Assembly: GCA_965205855.1 (NCBI GenBank)
Contig: OZ242184.1
Coordinates: 1,337,275 to 1,401,274 of the forward strand
From: Thermodesulfobacteriota bacterium
GTDB taxonomy: Bacteria; Desulfobacterota_D; UBA1144; Nemesobacterales; Mycalebacteriaceae
Direction of reading: 5' to 3'
DNA: 64,000 bases
Shown here: positions 31,769 through 42,406 of the stretch, piece by piece
Numbering within the stretch: the stretch's first letter is position 1
Layout of the letters: each line of letters starts with the position of its first letter
The notes under the pieces: model-generated
What the model was told of the DNA's origin: nothing
What the model saw: only the letters and a program-made list of their open reading frames with translations
Database searches by the model: none
Made by a program: the position numbers and the translations under genes

Positions 31769-33103
31769 TCACAAAATCCCGGACATCCCGCGGGCAAGCC
31801 GTCCCATTTTGCCGGAACCGCCTTTTTTCATCATGGACTGCATTTTGACAAAGTTCTTTATAGTCCTGTTCACTTCCGCGACAGTCGTCCCGCTTCCGGC
31901 CGCTATACGCTTTCTCCTGCTTGTGTTGATAATTTTGTGGTTTCTTCTCTCCTTCGGAGTCATTGAGTCAATCACCGCAAGACTCATCTTCATCACCGCA
32001 CGCGCCTTGTCCGCGGACTGCGGGTTTTTCAAAGCCCCTCCCAATGCGGGTAGCATCCCCGCGATACTCTCCACAGAGCCTATTTTGCCCATCGCAAGCA
32101 TCGTTTCCCTGAAATCCTCAAGGGTAAAACGGTTTTTCGCCATCTTGCGGGCGATGCGCTCCGCATCCTCGTCCGTTACGGCGCGCTGAGCCTTCTCTAT
32201 AAGGGTCAGCACATCGCCCATGCCGAGTATGCGGGACGCTATTCTTTCGGGATGAAAAACCTCAATGTCCGCCGTTTTCTCGCCGGTTGAGAAAAATTTG
32301 ATAGGTTTTCCCGTTACAGCGCGCATTGAAAAGGCGGCACCGCCCCTTGAGTCGCCGTCCATTTTGGTCAGAACCACGCCGCTTATATCAAGGGCTTTGT
32401 CAAAACTTTCCGCCACATTCACAGCGTCCTGCCCGGTCATGGCATCTGCCACAAGCAGGATTTCTTCGGGAGCGACAAGGTCTTTTATCCGCCGGAGCTC
32501 TTCCATAAGCTCCAAATCAACGTGAAGCCTTCCGGCGGTGTCAAAAATTACCGTGTCAAACCCGCCCGTACGCGCGAAATGTTTTGCTTCGGAGCATATC
32601 CGCTCCGACTCCAATCCTTCGGCGGGAGTGTAAAATCCGGCTCCGCAGGATTGGGCAAGTATCTCAAGCTGCCGTGCGGCGGCGGGGCGGCGGACATCGG
32701 CGGGAACAAGCAGGGGCTTTGCCTTGAGCCCTGCGAGATGAGCGGCAAGTTTTGAACAGAAGGTGGTTTTTCCGGCCCCCTGAAGACCGACCGTCATAAC
32801 CGAGAAAAGCGAGCCGCGGCGGACGAGACCATCGCTTTTCTCACCGAGAAAGGCCGTCACCTCGTCTTTGACTATCTTTACAAAATGCTGTCCCGCGGTA
32901 AGCCCTTTGTCTTTTTCGGAATCAACCGCTTTGCGCTTTACCGACTCAACAAAATCCTTCACGACCCGGAAATTCACATCAGCCTCAAGAAGACTGAGGC
33001 GAACTTCCTTCAGCGCGGAGTCTATGTTCTGTTCCGAGAGGCGAGCGTTTCCCCTGACCCTATCAAGCGCCGCCGAGAGTTTTTCCGATATTCCTTCAAA
33101 CAT
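31769..33103 (-). CDS. ffh: Signal recognition particle protein Ffh
   Basis: GLQGAGKTT, DTAGR, TKMDGDSRGG, RILGMGD, M domain. Confidence 0.97.
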   Translation of the reverse strand: MFEGISEKLSAALDRVRGNARLSEQNIDSALKEVRLSLLEADVNFRVVKDFVESVKRKAVDSEKDKGLTAGQHFVKIVKDEVTAFLGEKSDGLVRRGSLFSVMTVGLQGAGKTTFCSKLAAHLAGLKAKPLLVPADVRRPAAARQLEILAQSCGAGFYTPAEGLESERICSEAKHFARTGGFDTVIFDTAGRLHVDLELMEELRRIKDLVAPEEILLVADAMTGQDAVNVAESFDKALDISGVVLTKMDGDSRGGAAFSMRAVTGKPIKFFSTGEKTADIEVFHPERIASRILGMGDVLTLIEKAQRAVTDEDAERIARKMAKNRFTLEDFRETMLAMGKIGSVESIAGMLPALGGALKNPQSADKARAVMKMSLAVIDSMTPKERRNHKIINTSRRKRIAAGSGTTVAEVNRTIKNFVKMQSMMKKGGSGKMGRLARGMSGIL

Positions 33104-33166
33104 CGGAACTGATTTTAACAGAAAAAAAAGTGGACAATGGGATTTTTCTTATTCAAAATAGAACGG

Positions 33167-33745
33167 ATGTCCGGATTAGGATTGTATTTGAAAAACGCTG
33201 TTTCTCACCCGCTGAAGACCGCTTCCCTAATGCCATCTTCGGAGAAACTCTGCAACATAATTCTTGATGAAGCGGATGTATCGTCCGCTGGCACGATTGT
33301 TGAGTTCGGCTCCGGCACGGGCGTGGCAACGGAAAAGATAGTTGAGCAGATGGACCCGTCCGCCTCTCTTGTGATAATTGAAATCAACTCCGATTTCGCA
33401 AAGGAAACGCAAAGACGATTTCCCCGGGCGGCCGTTTTCAACTGCTGCGCAAGTAAAACCACAAAATGTCTGGAGAGCCTCGGAATATCGGGTTGCGACC
33501 GAATTGTCTCCGGCCTGCCATGGGCGGTTTTCGGAGACGGGTTCCAGAAAAAACTTCTCTTCGCGGCGCAGCAGGCGCTTAATCCCGGCGGCATATTTGT
33601 TTCTTTCGCGTACAAATTCGCGCATATGTTCCCATCGGGAAAGGGGTTTAAAAGAAACCTTGAAGCGGCTTTCAGCGAAGTAACCAAAACCAAAACCGAG
33701 TGGAGAAACGTTCCGCCGGCATTTGTCTACCGCGCGCGGAAATAA
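33167..33745 (+). CDS. SAM-dependent methyltransferase, PmtA-like phospholipid N-methyltransferase
   Basis: PSS..L, VEFGSGTG, IVSGLPW, WRNVPPAFVY. Confidence 0.8.
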   Translation: MSGLGLYLKNAVSHPLKTASLMPSSEKLCNIILDEADVSSAGTIVEFGSGTGVATEKIVEQMDPSASLVIIEINSDFAKETQRRFPRAAVFNCCASKTTKCLESLGISGCDRIVSGLPWAVFGDGFQKKLLFAAQQALNPGGIFVSFAYKFAHMFPSGKGFKRNLEAAFSEVTKTKTEWRNVPPAFVYRARK

Positions 33746-33759
33746 CGCGCGAACCCTTT

Positions 33760-33788
33760 TTGACACCGCACGGGCAAAGCCCTACACT
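33760..33788 (+). promoter_or_regulatory. Sigma70-type promoter for polA (probably leaderless)
   Basis: TTGACA-17 nt-TACACT, ending 7 nt before the ATG. Confidence 0.7.
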
Positions 33789-33795
33789 TCCGGTT

Positions 33796-36435
33796 ATGCA
33801 ACCGCTTTACCTCATAGACGGAAGCTCCTACATCTTTCGCGCCTACTACGCGGTTGACAGAAACTTCACCACATCGTCGGGGTTTCCGACAAATGCCGTT
33901 TTCGGGTTCTCAAACATGTTGCGCAAATTTATGAAAGATGTTAAGCCGCGCTATCTGGGCGTTGTTTTTGACTCAAAGAGCGACACTTTCAGAAAAAAGA
34001 TATATCCCGAATACAAAGCGAACCGCGGAGTCGCCCCTGAAGACTTGAGCATACAGATTGTGAAAATAATGGAACTTACCAAGGCGATGGGCATAAGGGT
34101 TGTTCAAAAAGAGAGGTTTGAAGCGGACGATCTCATGGCGACACTCGCAAAGGCGGCGGAAAGTCAGGGAAAAGAAGTCGTGCTGGTTACAAAAGACAAG
34201 GATTTCTGTCAGCTGGTTTCGGAAAAAACCACCATTTTCAACACAACGGGGGGGAAAACCGGAGTGGCGGAGGTTGAAAAAAAATACGGAGTTCCACCCG
34301 GAAAATTCATCGATTTTCTCGCACTCACGGGCGACTCATCGGACAACATTCCCGGCGTTGAGGGAATAGGACCGGTAGGTGCGGCAAATCTCATCGCCGA
34401 ATACGGAAGTCTGGAAAACCTCTATAAAAACACCGGAAAACTGAAAGGAAAACAGAGGGAAAGAATTGAGCGCGACAGGGAAAAGGCGTTTATGAGCAAA
34501 GACCTCGTAACCTTGAAAACCGATGTTGACACCGAAACTGACTGCGAAAAGTTCGCGTATGACGGGGTAAACACCGAGGAACTGAGCCGTCTTTACAAAG
34601 AACTTGAGTTTGACAACGAAACAAACCTTGAACGTGGAAACTCGGGCAGCTACGAGCTTATAACGGATGAGAAGGAGCTCGACGCCCTGACAGCCGAGAT
34701 AACCGGTTGTGGCTCCTTATCAATAGACCTTGAAACGACCTCCAAACGCCCGACCCGAGCGGAGATTGTCGGCATAGCACTCACGACCCCACGTGGCAGG
34801 CACTGCTACATACCGGTCGGACACACAAGCGGGGCTCAGATAGATCGCGAAACCGCACTTGAAAAAATCAGACAGGTCGCGGAAAACGAAAAAATCGCAA
34901 AGATAGGGCAAAACCTGAAATACGAGCACATAGTGTTTTCAAAACACGGGATTGAGCTCAGAGGAATCGGTTTTGACACAATGACCGCAGCACATTTTCT
35001 GGACTCGTCACATTTGAGTTACGGGCTTGACGAACTCGCGCGCAAGCGTCTCGGGCGCATGATGACCTCATACAAAGAGGTTACCTCAGAGGGGAAAAAA
35101 CAGATCCCGTTTGCGGAAGTGCCGCTTGAAAAAGCGAAAGACTACGCATGCGAAGACTCCGATGTGTCAATGGAGCTTTACAAACAGCTGTCTGCGGAAA
35201 TTGAAAAATCAAATATGACGAAAAACTACCGCAAAGGCGTTCTCGCGCTGACGGAAGTCCTTTCGGCCATGGAGAGGAAAGGGGTGCTTGCGGACACGGT
35301 AATCCTCGCGGAAATATCACGTGATTTCGCCGGACACATAGACCGCATATCGTCTGAAATCTACGCGGTCGCGGGATTTGAACTGAACCTCAACTCCACC
35401 GCCCAGCTGAAAGACCTGCTGTTCGGAAAACTCGGACTCAAACCCTCAAAACGCACCGCAAAAGGAGAACCCTCAACCGATTCGGAGGTTCTCAGAGACC
35501 TTTCAACGCTCCATCCGATTCCGGGCATGATTCTTGAATACAGGGAAATCTCCAAACTGAAATCCACATACGTTGACGCGCTGCCGAGGCTTGTGAACCC
35601 GTCAACTGGAAGGATTCACACATCATATAGCCCGACCGGAACCTCAACCGGAAGGCTCAGCTCAAGCGACCCCAATCTTCAGAACATTCCCGTGAAAAGC
35701 GCGGAGGGAAGAAAAATCCGGCGCGCGTTTGTTCCATCACCCGGCTTTATGTTCGTTTCGGCGGACTACTCTCAAATAGAGCTGCGTCTGCTCGCCCATT
35801 TTTCCGGGGACGAAAAACTCACTGCGGCTTTCGAAAACGGCGAAGACATCCATTCCTCAACGGCGGCGGAAATTTTTGGCATACCCGCGGAGTCGGTAAC
35901 GCCGGACATGAGGCGACTTGCCAAAAATATCAACTTTGGAATCATCTACGGCATAAGCCCCTTCGGTTTGTCAAAACAGCTCGGAACCTCGGTAAAACTC
36001 GCGGGCGAATACATGGACAGATACTTCGTACGCTATCGGTGCGTAAAGGATTACATGCGCGAATACGCGGAAAAGGCAAAGGCGCGCGGCTTTGCCGAAA
36101 CCCTTCTCGGACGCAGACGTTTTATCGCAGACCTTACGTCAAAAAACAAAATCAGAATCAGAAACGGAGAAAGGGCGGCAATCAACACGCCCATACAGGG
36201 CTCCGCGGCAGACATAATAAATATAGCGATGATAAATATTCATAAGAAAATAGCGCGTAAAAAATCATCAATGATTCTTCAGGTTCATGACGAACTTATC
36301 TTTGAAGTCTCAAGGGACGAGGAGGAAGAGATTTCCTCAATAGTCCGGCACGAAATGGAAAACACGCCTTTTGACCTGAAAGTGCGAATGAAAGTGGACA
36401 TAAAAAAGGGACAAAACTGGAACGAACTCGGCTGA
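33796..36435 (+). CDS. polA: DNA polymerase I
   Basis: LIDGSSYIFRAYY, EADD, GDSSDNIPGV, DLET exo motif, ADYSQIELR, LQVHDEL. Confidence 0.97.
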   Translation: MQPLYLIDGSSYIFRAYYAVDRNFTTSSGFPTNAVFGFSNMLRKFMKDVKPRYLGVVFDSKSDTFRKKIYPEYKANRGVAPEDLSIQIVKIMELTKAMGIRVVQKERFEADDLMATLAKAAESQGKEVVLVTKDKDFCQLVSEKTTIFNTTGGKTGVAEVEKKYGVPPGKFIDFLALTGDSSDNIPGVEGIGPVGAANLIAEYGSLENLYKNTGKLKGKQRERIERDREKAFMSKDLVTLKTDVDTETDCEKFAYDGVNTEELSRLYKELEFDNETNLERGNSGSYELITDEKELDALTAEITGCGSLSIDLETTSKRPTRAEIVGIALTTPRGRHCYIPVGHTSGAQIDRETALEKIRQVAENEKIAKIGQNLKYEHIVFSKHGIELRGIGFDTMTAAHFLDSSHLSYGLDELARKRLGRMMTSYKEVTSEGKKQIPFAEVPLEKAKDYACEDSDVSMELYKQLSAEIEKSNMTKNYRKGVLALTEVLSAMERKGVLADTVILAEISRDFAGHIDRISSEIYAVAGFELNLNSTAQLKDLLFGKLGLKPSKRTAKGEPSTDSEVLRDLSTLHPIPGMILEYREISKLKSTYVDALPRLVNPSTGRIHTSYSPTGTSTGRLSSSDPNLQNIPVKSAEGRKIRRAFVPSPGFMFVSADYSQIELRLLAHFSGDEKLTAAFENGEDIHSSTAAEIFGIPAESVTPDMRRLAKNINFGIIYGISPFGLSKQLGTSVKLAGEYMDRYFVRYRCVKDYMREYAEKAKARGFAETLLGRRRFIADLTSKNKIRIRNGERAAINTPIQGSAADIINIAMINIHKKIARKKSSMILQVHDELIFEVSRDEEEEISSIVRHEMENTPFDLKVRMKVDIKKGQNWNELG

Positions 36436-36472
36436 GCCGCTTTACCGGAAATTCGGGCTATGACGCCCGCTT

Positions 36473-37945
36473 TCATCTCCGCAATATGTAGTTGACCATG
36501 GTTCTGACGCCAAAACCCGTTGCGCCTTTCGGGTAAAAGTCGCTTCCTCTTTCAAGATACGCGGGGCCCGCGATGTCTATATGCGCCCACGGAACACCTG
36601 AAACAAAATGCTCAAGGAAGAGAGCGGCGGTTATCGCCCCGCCCCAGCGGCCGCCTGAGTTTTTGATGTCCGCAAAGTTGCTTTCTATGTCTTTTCGCAA
36701 ATCCGGGTTGAGAGGAAGCTCCCACATCGGCTCTCCGGCAAGCGAGGAAGCCCTCATTATGTTGCGCGTGATTTTTGCGCTGTTGCTCATAACCCCCGCC
36801 GTGTGAGTTCCGAGAGCCACAACGCACGCGCCGGTCAGGGTGGCGAGATCTATTATCTCCTTCGCTCCGGTTTCAACCGCGTAGCTCAGGGCATCGGCAA
36901 GAACGACACGCCCCTCGGCGTCGGTGTTAACAACCTCTATCGTTTTCCCGTTCATCGCCTTCACAATATCGTCCGGCTTGTAGGCCGAGGGACCGGTCAT
37001 ATTCTCCGCCGCCGCCACAATCCCGTGAACGGTTACGCCGGGCTTTTCCTCCGCAACGGCACGCATGGTCGCTATCACCACCGCCGCACCGGACATATCC
37101 ATCTTCATGGTTCTCATCGCATCGGCGGGCTTGAGACTAAGTCCCCCCGAATCAAAAGTTATTCCCTTGCCGACAATCGCGATTGCCCGCGAACTGCGCT
37201 TCGCCCCGGAGGGAGAGTAGGTTATGTGTATGAGACGCGGCGGGTTTGAACTTCCGGCGCTGACCGCGAGCATGCCTCCCATTCCCCTTTTTTCCATATC
37301 ACCGGGGAGAATGACCGAGCAGTCAAGCCCATTTTCCGCACAGACGCTTTCCGCGCATTGAGCCAGCGCAGAAGGCGTGAGAAAAGCCGGAGGCTCGTTA
37401 ACCAGATCCCTGCAGAGAGAAACCGATCGCGCGATATTTTCAGATTGCCGCGCCGCGGTTTTGAAAGAAACTGAGGAAAGGCGCGGGGAAAAAACCGCAA
37501 TCTCAGAAATCCCGCCACACGGAGCCGAACCGCTTTTGTATTTGGAAAAAGAATACGAACCGAGAAGCGCGCCCTCCATAAGCGAGCGCACGGCTTCAGT
37601 GCTGTTTGAAACGGGAAAGTCCAGAACAAGTTTTTTGACATGGAAACCGGCGTTTTTCGCCGCAAGCGAAGCCGCTTTGAAAAAATCCGCCGGCGCGGAA
37701 AAAGATTTGGCGTCACCGAGACCAACAACCATAACCTCCGCCGCGGGAATCTGCCCGAGCGTGTCAATCCTGACAAAGGAACCGGGAGCAAGACCCCCCG
37801 TACGCGAAACGGCGCGCGAAACGGCTCCACCGAGTTTTTTGTCAATCGCAGAAATGCGCCGCGTGTCCGTGCCGTGGATTCCGACTGCAAGCATATCCGC
37901 TTTTACGCGGTAAGGGTCTTTTTTGATGAGCGTGAAATCAGCCAT
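36473..37945 (-). CDS. pepA: Leucyl aminopeptidase (M17)
   Basis: GKGITFDSGG, MKMDMSG, NTDAEGR, HIDIAG. Confidence 0.96.
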   Translation of the reverse strand: MADFTLIKKDPYRVKADMLAVGIHGTDTRRISAIDKKLGGAVSRAVSRTGGLAPGSFVRIDTLGQIPAAEVMVVGLGDAKSFSAPADFFKAASLAAKNAGFHVKKLVLDFPVSNSTEAVRSLMEGALLGSYSFSKYKSGSAPCGGISEIAVFSPRLSSVSFKTAARQSENIARSVSLCRDLVNEPPAFLTPSALAQCAESVCAENGLDCSVILPGDMEKRGMGGMLAVSAGSSNPPRLIHITYSPSGAKRSSRAIAIVGKGITFDSGGLSLKPADAMRTMKMDMSGAAVVIATMRAVAEEKPGVTVHGIVAAAENMTGPSAYKPDDIVKAMNGKTIEVVNTDAEGRVVLADALSYAVETGAKEIIDLATLTGACVVALGTHTAGVMSNSAKITRNIMRASSLAGEPMWELPLNPDLRKDIESNFADIKNSGGRWGGAITAALFLEHFVSGVPWAHIDIAGPAYLERGSDFYPKGATGFGVRTMVNYILRR

Positions 37946-37958
37946 GTGCGAACTCCGT

Positions 37959-38774
37959 TTACGGGTTTTTCTCTCCAAGCAATTCAAGTAGTCTATCCGA
38001 AATAAGGGAGAATTCTTCAATCCTCAATGTCTCGGCTCTTCTCGTGCCGTCAACCGACGCACTCTCAAGCGCGATATCAACTGCCCGCATTGGAAACACG
38101 GAGCGGAGCGAGTTTCTTAAGGTCTTTCTGCGGGTTGAGAAAGCGGCGCGAACGGTTTTGCGGTAGAAATCCTCGCTTTTGAGCGGAAACCTTGTCGTTT
38201 CAAGCGAAACAAGACGAACCACCGAAGATGTGACGGCGGGGCGCGGAAAAAAAAGCGCGGGCGAGACATCAAAAAGCTTTTCGCAATCAAACTCCATCTG
38301 AATCGTTAACGAAAGAGAGCCGGACTCCCGAGTGCCGGGAGTGGCGACAATTCTCAAGGCGACTTCCCGCTGCACCATTATAACTATGAGCGAAAAAAGC
38401 CGCCGGTGTTCGGAAAGTATTCGTAAGACCGGCGAAGAAATTCCATAGGGAAGATTGGAAACCATCTTCAGCGGACGTCCCGAATAAAATCTTTTCAGAT
38501 CCGTTTTTATCGCATCCCCCTCGATGAGGGTGAATTTCTTATCGGACATAATATCTTGCGGAAACATCTCAACGAGTCTTTTGTCTTTTTCAACCGCCCA
38601 CACCCTCGCGCTTTTTTTGAGAAGAAAACGTGTCAGGGCTCCCGTTCCGGGGCCTATTTCAACAACCTCGTCGCAACCGTCAAGACGTGCCGAAGCGCAT
38701 ATCTTCTCAATGGTTCTCTCATCGCGGAGAAAATTCTGACCGAGCTTTCTATTCGACTTAAAAGGCGAAGACAT
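37959..38774 (-). CDS. rsmA: 16S rRNA dimethyladenosine transferase
   Basis: LGQNFL, EIGPGTGALT, NLPY, RRKTLRNSL. Confidence 0.96.
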   Translation of the reverse strand: MSSPFKSNRKLGQNFLRDERTIEKICASARLDGCDEVVEIGPGTGALTRFLLKKSARVWAVEKDKRLVEMFPQDIMSDKKFTLIEGDAIKTDLKRFYSGRPLKMVSNLPYGISSPVLRILSEHRRLFSLIVIMVQREVALRIVATPGTRESGSLSLTIQMEFDCEKLFDVSPALFFPRPAVTSSVVRLVSLETTRFPLKSEDFYRKTVRAAFSTRRKTLRNSLRSVFPMRAVDIALESASVDGTRRAETLRIEEFSLISDRLLELLGEKNP

Positions 38775-38778
38775 TTCA

Positions 38779-39057
38779 TCAACGGCTGAAGATAAAAATC
38801 TTTTCGCCTTCCTTTATAAGACCGAGTTTTTCCCTTATCACTCTTTCCACGCGGACGTCGTCGGCGCCGTTCTTCTCAATCGCATCCGAAAGCGAATTCA
38901 GGTGGTCTCTGCGCACGGCAAGACCCTCTATTCTTTTATCCACCTGGGATTTCTGTTGTTTCAAGTCAAAAAACTCTTTGAGTTCAAAAGCGAACAGAAC
39001 GCCCGAAGCCGCGGCAACCGTGATAACGACACCCGTAATAATACAGCGGAATTCCAT
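38779..39057 (-). CDS. Septum formation initiator (FtsB/DivIC-like)
   Basis: TM helix, coiled coil, ERVIREKLGLIKEGE; start uncertain (39057 or 39132). Confidence 0.75.
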   Translation of the reverse strand: MEFRCIITGVVITVAAASGVLFAFELKEFFDLKQQKSQVDKRIEGLAVRRDHLNSLSDAIEKNGADDVRVERVIREKLGLIKEGEKIFIFSR

Positions 39058-39128
39058 AAAACAGACGCGCCTCCCGCAAACCAGAGAATACTTGGCACGG
39101 GCTTTGAAGCCAAAACGCGCGCGGGAAA

Positions 39129-39761
39129 TCAATAAGAAGTCAAAAACGGATTGGACTCTTTTTCTATTCCGATTGTCGTCTCCGGGCCGTGTCCGGAAAG
39201 CACCCGGAAGTTATCGGGATAAACCAGAAGTTTGTCCTTTATTGAGCTGACAAGCTCCTCCATTGTTGTCCCGCCGGTAAGGTCAACCCTACCAACGCTT
39301 CCGGCAAAAAGAGTATCGCCGGAGATAATCACATCCTCCACGACAAGACAGATACTTCCCCATGTGTGTCCCGGCACGAGGAAAACATCGGCGCTCAGTC
39401 CGCCAATCTCTATTTTATCCCCTTCCTCCACATACTCCTCAACTTCGGGTTGCTCAACATCCCCAAAAGCCGGATACCTGCCGCACGCTTCGGGAAGTAT
39501 GTCGAGAACGGGCTGCTCTTTTTCATGAATATTGAAGGGAACTTTCAGAATGTTTTTTGCGGCCTGCACGCCCGCAACATGGTCTATATGAGTATGGGTG
39601 TTGACTATGCGAGTTATCTTAAGGCCGGTTCTCTCAACCGCGGCCATTATCTCAACTATCTGCTCGCCGGGATCTATGAGAATACCCTCGCCCTTCTCCT
39701 CGTCGCCGATTATGTAGCAGTTGGTGACAAACATCCCTCCCGCAATGCATTTGACTATCAT
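39129..39761 (-). CDS. MBL-fold metallohydrolase (glyoxalase II-like)
   Basis: THTHIDH, PGHT, GDTLF, GHGPETT. Confidence 0.93.
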   Translation of the reverse strand: MIVKCIAGGMFVTNCYIIGDEEKGEGILIDPGEQIVEIMAAVERTGLKITRIVNTHTHIDHVAGVQAAKNILKVPFNIHEKEQPVLDILPEACGRYPAFGDVEQPEVEEYVEEGDKIEIGGLSADVFLVPGHTWGSICLVVEDVIISGDTLFAGSVGRVDLTGGTTMEELVSSIKDKLLVYPDNFRVLSGHGPETTIGIEKESNPFLTSY

Positions 39762-39783
39762 TATGAACGCTCCGTATCAGCCG

Positions 39784-39812
39784 AGACTACCTTCGGGCAC
39801 CGGCGGTGTCAA
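39784..39812 (-). promoter_or_regulatory. Sigma70-type promoter for the MBL hydrolase operon
   Basis: TTGACA-17 nt-TAGTCT on the minus strand, then a GGAG RBS. Confidence 0.6.
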
Positions 39813-39897
39813 AACCGCGCGGCGCGTCTGCGGACTTCAAGAGGTACCCCCTCCCGACAAGACACATCTTTTAGTCTGGAAACAGACACCTGTGAAC

Positions 39898-40554
39898 CTA
39901 TTTTTTCCAGGTTTTGTTCAGATACCCTTCCCTGCCAGAGCCTTTTTTATACATATTGTAATGTATGGGGTTTTTCTCATAGTAGTTCTGGTGGTATTCC
40001 TCGGCGCGCCAGAAACGGGTTGCTGAAACTATCTGAGTAGCAATGGGTTTTGAGAACTTGCCTGAGCCTGCAAGCTGTTTTTTTGACTCTTCCGCGAGTC
40101 TTTTTTGCTCGTCGCCGTAATAGAAAATGGCGGTTCTGTATTGCTTTCCCTTGTCCGCAAACTGCCCGGTTGGGTCGGTCGGGTCTATGTTCATCCAGAA
40201 AACCTTGAGCAAATCCTCGTATGAAACCTTTTCCGGGTCGTAGAGAACCTCAACCACTTCGGCATGTCCCGTCAAGCCGTGCGAAACCTGCTCGTAGGTC
40301 GGGTTTTCCTCTTCTCCGCCCTGATAACCGGCTTGCACAAAAACCACCCCTTCAGTGCGTTCAAACGGCGGCTCCATGCACCAGAAGCACCCGCCAGCGA
40401 AAGACGCTTTGGGGTATTTCTCGTAAAGAGCGGAAAGTTCTTTTTCCAGTTTGGTATCCATAATCGAATCAGCTTTTTTCAAATCCGCACCGCAGGAAAC
40501 GGCAAAGAACCCCGCCGCGACCGCAAAGAAGACCTTGAATAGAGAGATCTTCAA
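39898..40554 (-). CDS. msrA: Peptide methionine sulfoxide reductase A with lipoprotein signal
   Basis: AGGCFWC, GHAEVV, AEEYHQNYY; N-terminal lipobox FAVSC. Confidence 0.94.
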   Translation of the reverse strand: MKISLFKVFFAVAAGFFAVSCGADLKKADSIMDTKLEKELSALYEKYPKASFAGGCFWCMEPPFERTEGVVFVQAGYQGGEEENPTYEQVSHGLTGHAEVVEVLYDPEKVSYEDLLKVFWMNIDPTDPTGQFADKGKQYRTAIFYYGDEQKRLAEESKKQLAGSGKFSKPIATQIVSATRFWRAEEYHQNYYEKNPIHYNMYKKGSGREGYLNKTWKK

Positions 40555-40558
40555 TTTG

Positions 40559-41191
40559 TCAGCCGGGCTGCTTTACATAGCGGAGATACGGTTTTTTCGT
40601 ATCCCATCCGCCGGGAAACATTTCCCTTGCCTGCTCGTCCGAAACCGCCGGAACGATGATAACATCATCGCCCATTTTCCAGTTTGCCGGAGTTGCCACT
40701 TTATTTTTGTCAGTCATCTGCATGCTGTCTATGACGCGCAGAATTTCGTCAAAATTCCTTCCCGTGCTGGCGGGATATGTGAGTATAAGCCTTATTTTCT
40801 TGTTCGGGTCTATGATGAAAACGCTACGCACCGTCACTGTGTCGCTCGCGGACGGGTGAATCATTCCGTAAAGTTCTGCAATCTCCCTGCCGGCATCCGC
40901 AAGCATGGGGAAATTAACCGCGCTGCCTTGAGTTTCCTCAATGTCCATCTTCCATTTGTCGTGGTCTTCAACGCTGTCCACGGACAGTCCTATAACCTTG
41001 ACGCCTCTTTTGTCAAACTCCTGTTTTATACGCGCCACCTCTCCAAGCTCGGTTGTGCAAACTGGTGTAAAATCTTTCGGATGAGAAAAGAGAACCCCCC
41101 AGCTGTCTCCAAGCCATTTGTGGAATATGATTGTTCCCTCTGTTGATTCCTGAGTAAAATCCGGCGCTATATCGCCAAGTTGCAGTGCCAT
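40559..41191 (-). CDS. 1-Cys peroxiredoxin (Prx6)
   Basis: FSHPKDFTPVCTTEL, YPASTGRNFDEILR, PYLR. Confidence 0.95.
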   Translation of the reverse strand: MALQLGDIAPDFTQESTEGTIIFHKWLGDSWGVLFSHPKDFTPVCTTELGEVARIKQEFDKRGVKVIGLSVDSVEDHDKWKMDIEETQGSAVNFPMLADAGREIAELYGMIHPSASDTVTVRSVFIIDPNKKIRLILTYPASTGRNFDEILRVIDSMQMTDKNKVATPANWKMGDDVIIVPAVSDEQAREMFPGGWDTKKPYLRYVKQPG

Positions 41192-41229
41192 TTGTAAATC
41201 TCTCCTTGAAAAAAACTAAGATGATAATT

Positions 41230-42291
41230 TTAAGCGATTGTTATTTTATTTTCAAGATACACATCCTGAACCGCGTGAAGAAGAGCCACTCCCTCCTTCA
41301 TAGGTTTCTGGAACGCTTTTCTTCCCGTTATAAGGCCCATTCCGCCCGCTCTTTTGTTTATCACCGCGGTTCTGACCACCATTTGCAGGTCGTTCCCGCC
41401 CGATGTTGCGCCGCCGGAATTTATAAGCCCTATTCTTCCCATGTAGCAGTTCATAACCTGATAGCGCGCAAGGTCTATGGGGTTTTCCGATGTCAGCCGG
41501 GAATACACCCTCTGATGCGTTTTGCCGAAGCGCAGGGCGGTAAATCCGCCGTTGTTTTCGGGTTGTTTCTGTTTCACAATATCTGCTTGTATGGTCGCGG
41601 CGAGGTGGTTTGCCTGTCCGGTAACATCGGCGGAAACGTGGTAATCGGTTTTGCCCTGTTTGAAATGCGGGTTTCTCAGATACGCCCACAGGACGGTAAC
41701 AAGCCCGAGCTCGTGTGCGCGCGCGAAGGCTTGTGAAATCTCCTCAATCTGCCGCGAGCTTTCCTCCGAGCCGTAATACACGGTGGCACCGACCGCCACT
41801 GCGCCCATGTCAAACGCCTGCTCCACATCGGCAAAAAGCGTCTGGTCGTATTTTTCGGGATAGGTGAGAAGTTCGTTATGGTTGATCTTCACTATAAACG
41901 GGATTTTATGCGCGTATTTTCTTGACACCGCGCCGAGGACCCCGAGGGTTGAGGCAACCGCGTTGCATCCGCCTTCAATCGCGAGGCGCACTATGTTTTC
42001 GGGGTCAAAGTATTCGGGATTGGGCGCGAAAGACGCTCCGGCGGAATGTTCAACTCCCTGATCAACCGGCAGGATTGAAACATAACCCGTGCCGCCAAGC
42101 CGCCCTGTGTTGAGAATTTGCTGAAAGTTTCTCATAACCGCGGGCGACCTGTCTGTCAGGGAAAAAACCCTGTCCACATAATCGGGACCGGGCTTGTGGA
42201 GCATATCGCCTGAAACCACGCACTTGTGGTTGAGAAGCGCGTCCGCTTCGGCTGCGAGAAGTTGCTCTATGTTAACTTTTGACCGTGGCAT
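41230..42291 (-). CDS. fbaB: Class I fructose-bisphosphate aldolase (DhnA family)
   Basis: [42 protein letters not shown]. Confidence 0.95.
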   Translation of the reverse strand: MPRSKVNIEQLLAAEADALLNHKCVVSGDMLHKPGPDYVDRVFSLTDRSPAVMRNFQQILNTGRLGGTGYVSILPVDQGVEHSAGASFAPNPEYFDPENIVRLAIEGGCNAVASTLGVLGAVSRKYAHKIPFIVKINHNELLTYPEKYDQTLFADVEQAFDMGAVAVGATVYYGSEESSRQIEEISQAFARAHELGLVTVLWAYLRNPHFKQGKTDYHVSADVTGQANHLAATIQADIVKQKQPENNGGFTALRFGKTHQRVYSRLTSENPIDLARYQVMNCYMGRIGLINSGGATSGGNDLQMVVRTAVINKRAGGMGLITGRKAFQKPMKEGVALLHAVQDVYLENKITIA

Positions 42292-42406
42292 TTGAGTGTA
42301 AATATGCACCCGTTTCTTTGCGAACTTGAAGGATAACCTAAACGGGGCTGGCAGTAAATATGGCAAGTTATTACACAATGCCGTATCATTTCCCTTCTTA
42401 TCCGCA

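Noticed and set aside
39762-39897. Possible ncRNA between the MBL hydrolase and msrA
   Set aside because: Largely explained by a promoter and RBS; no recognisable RNA family.
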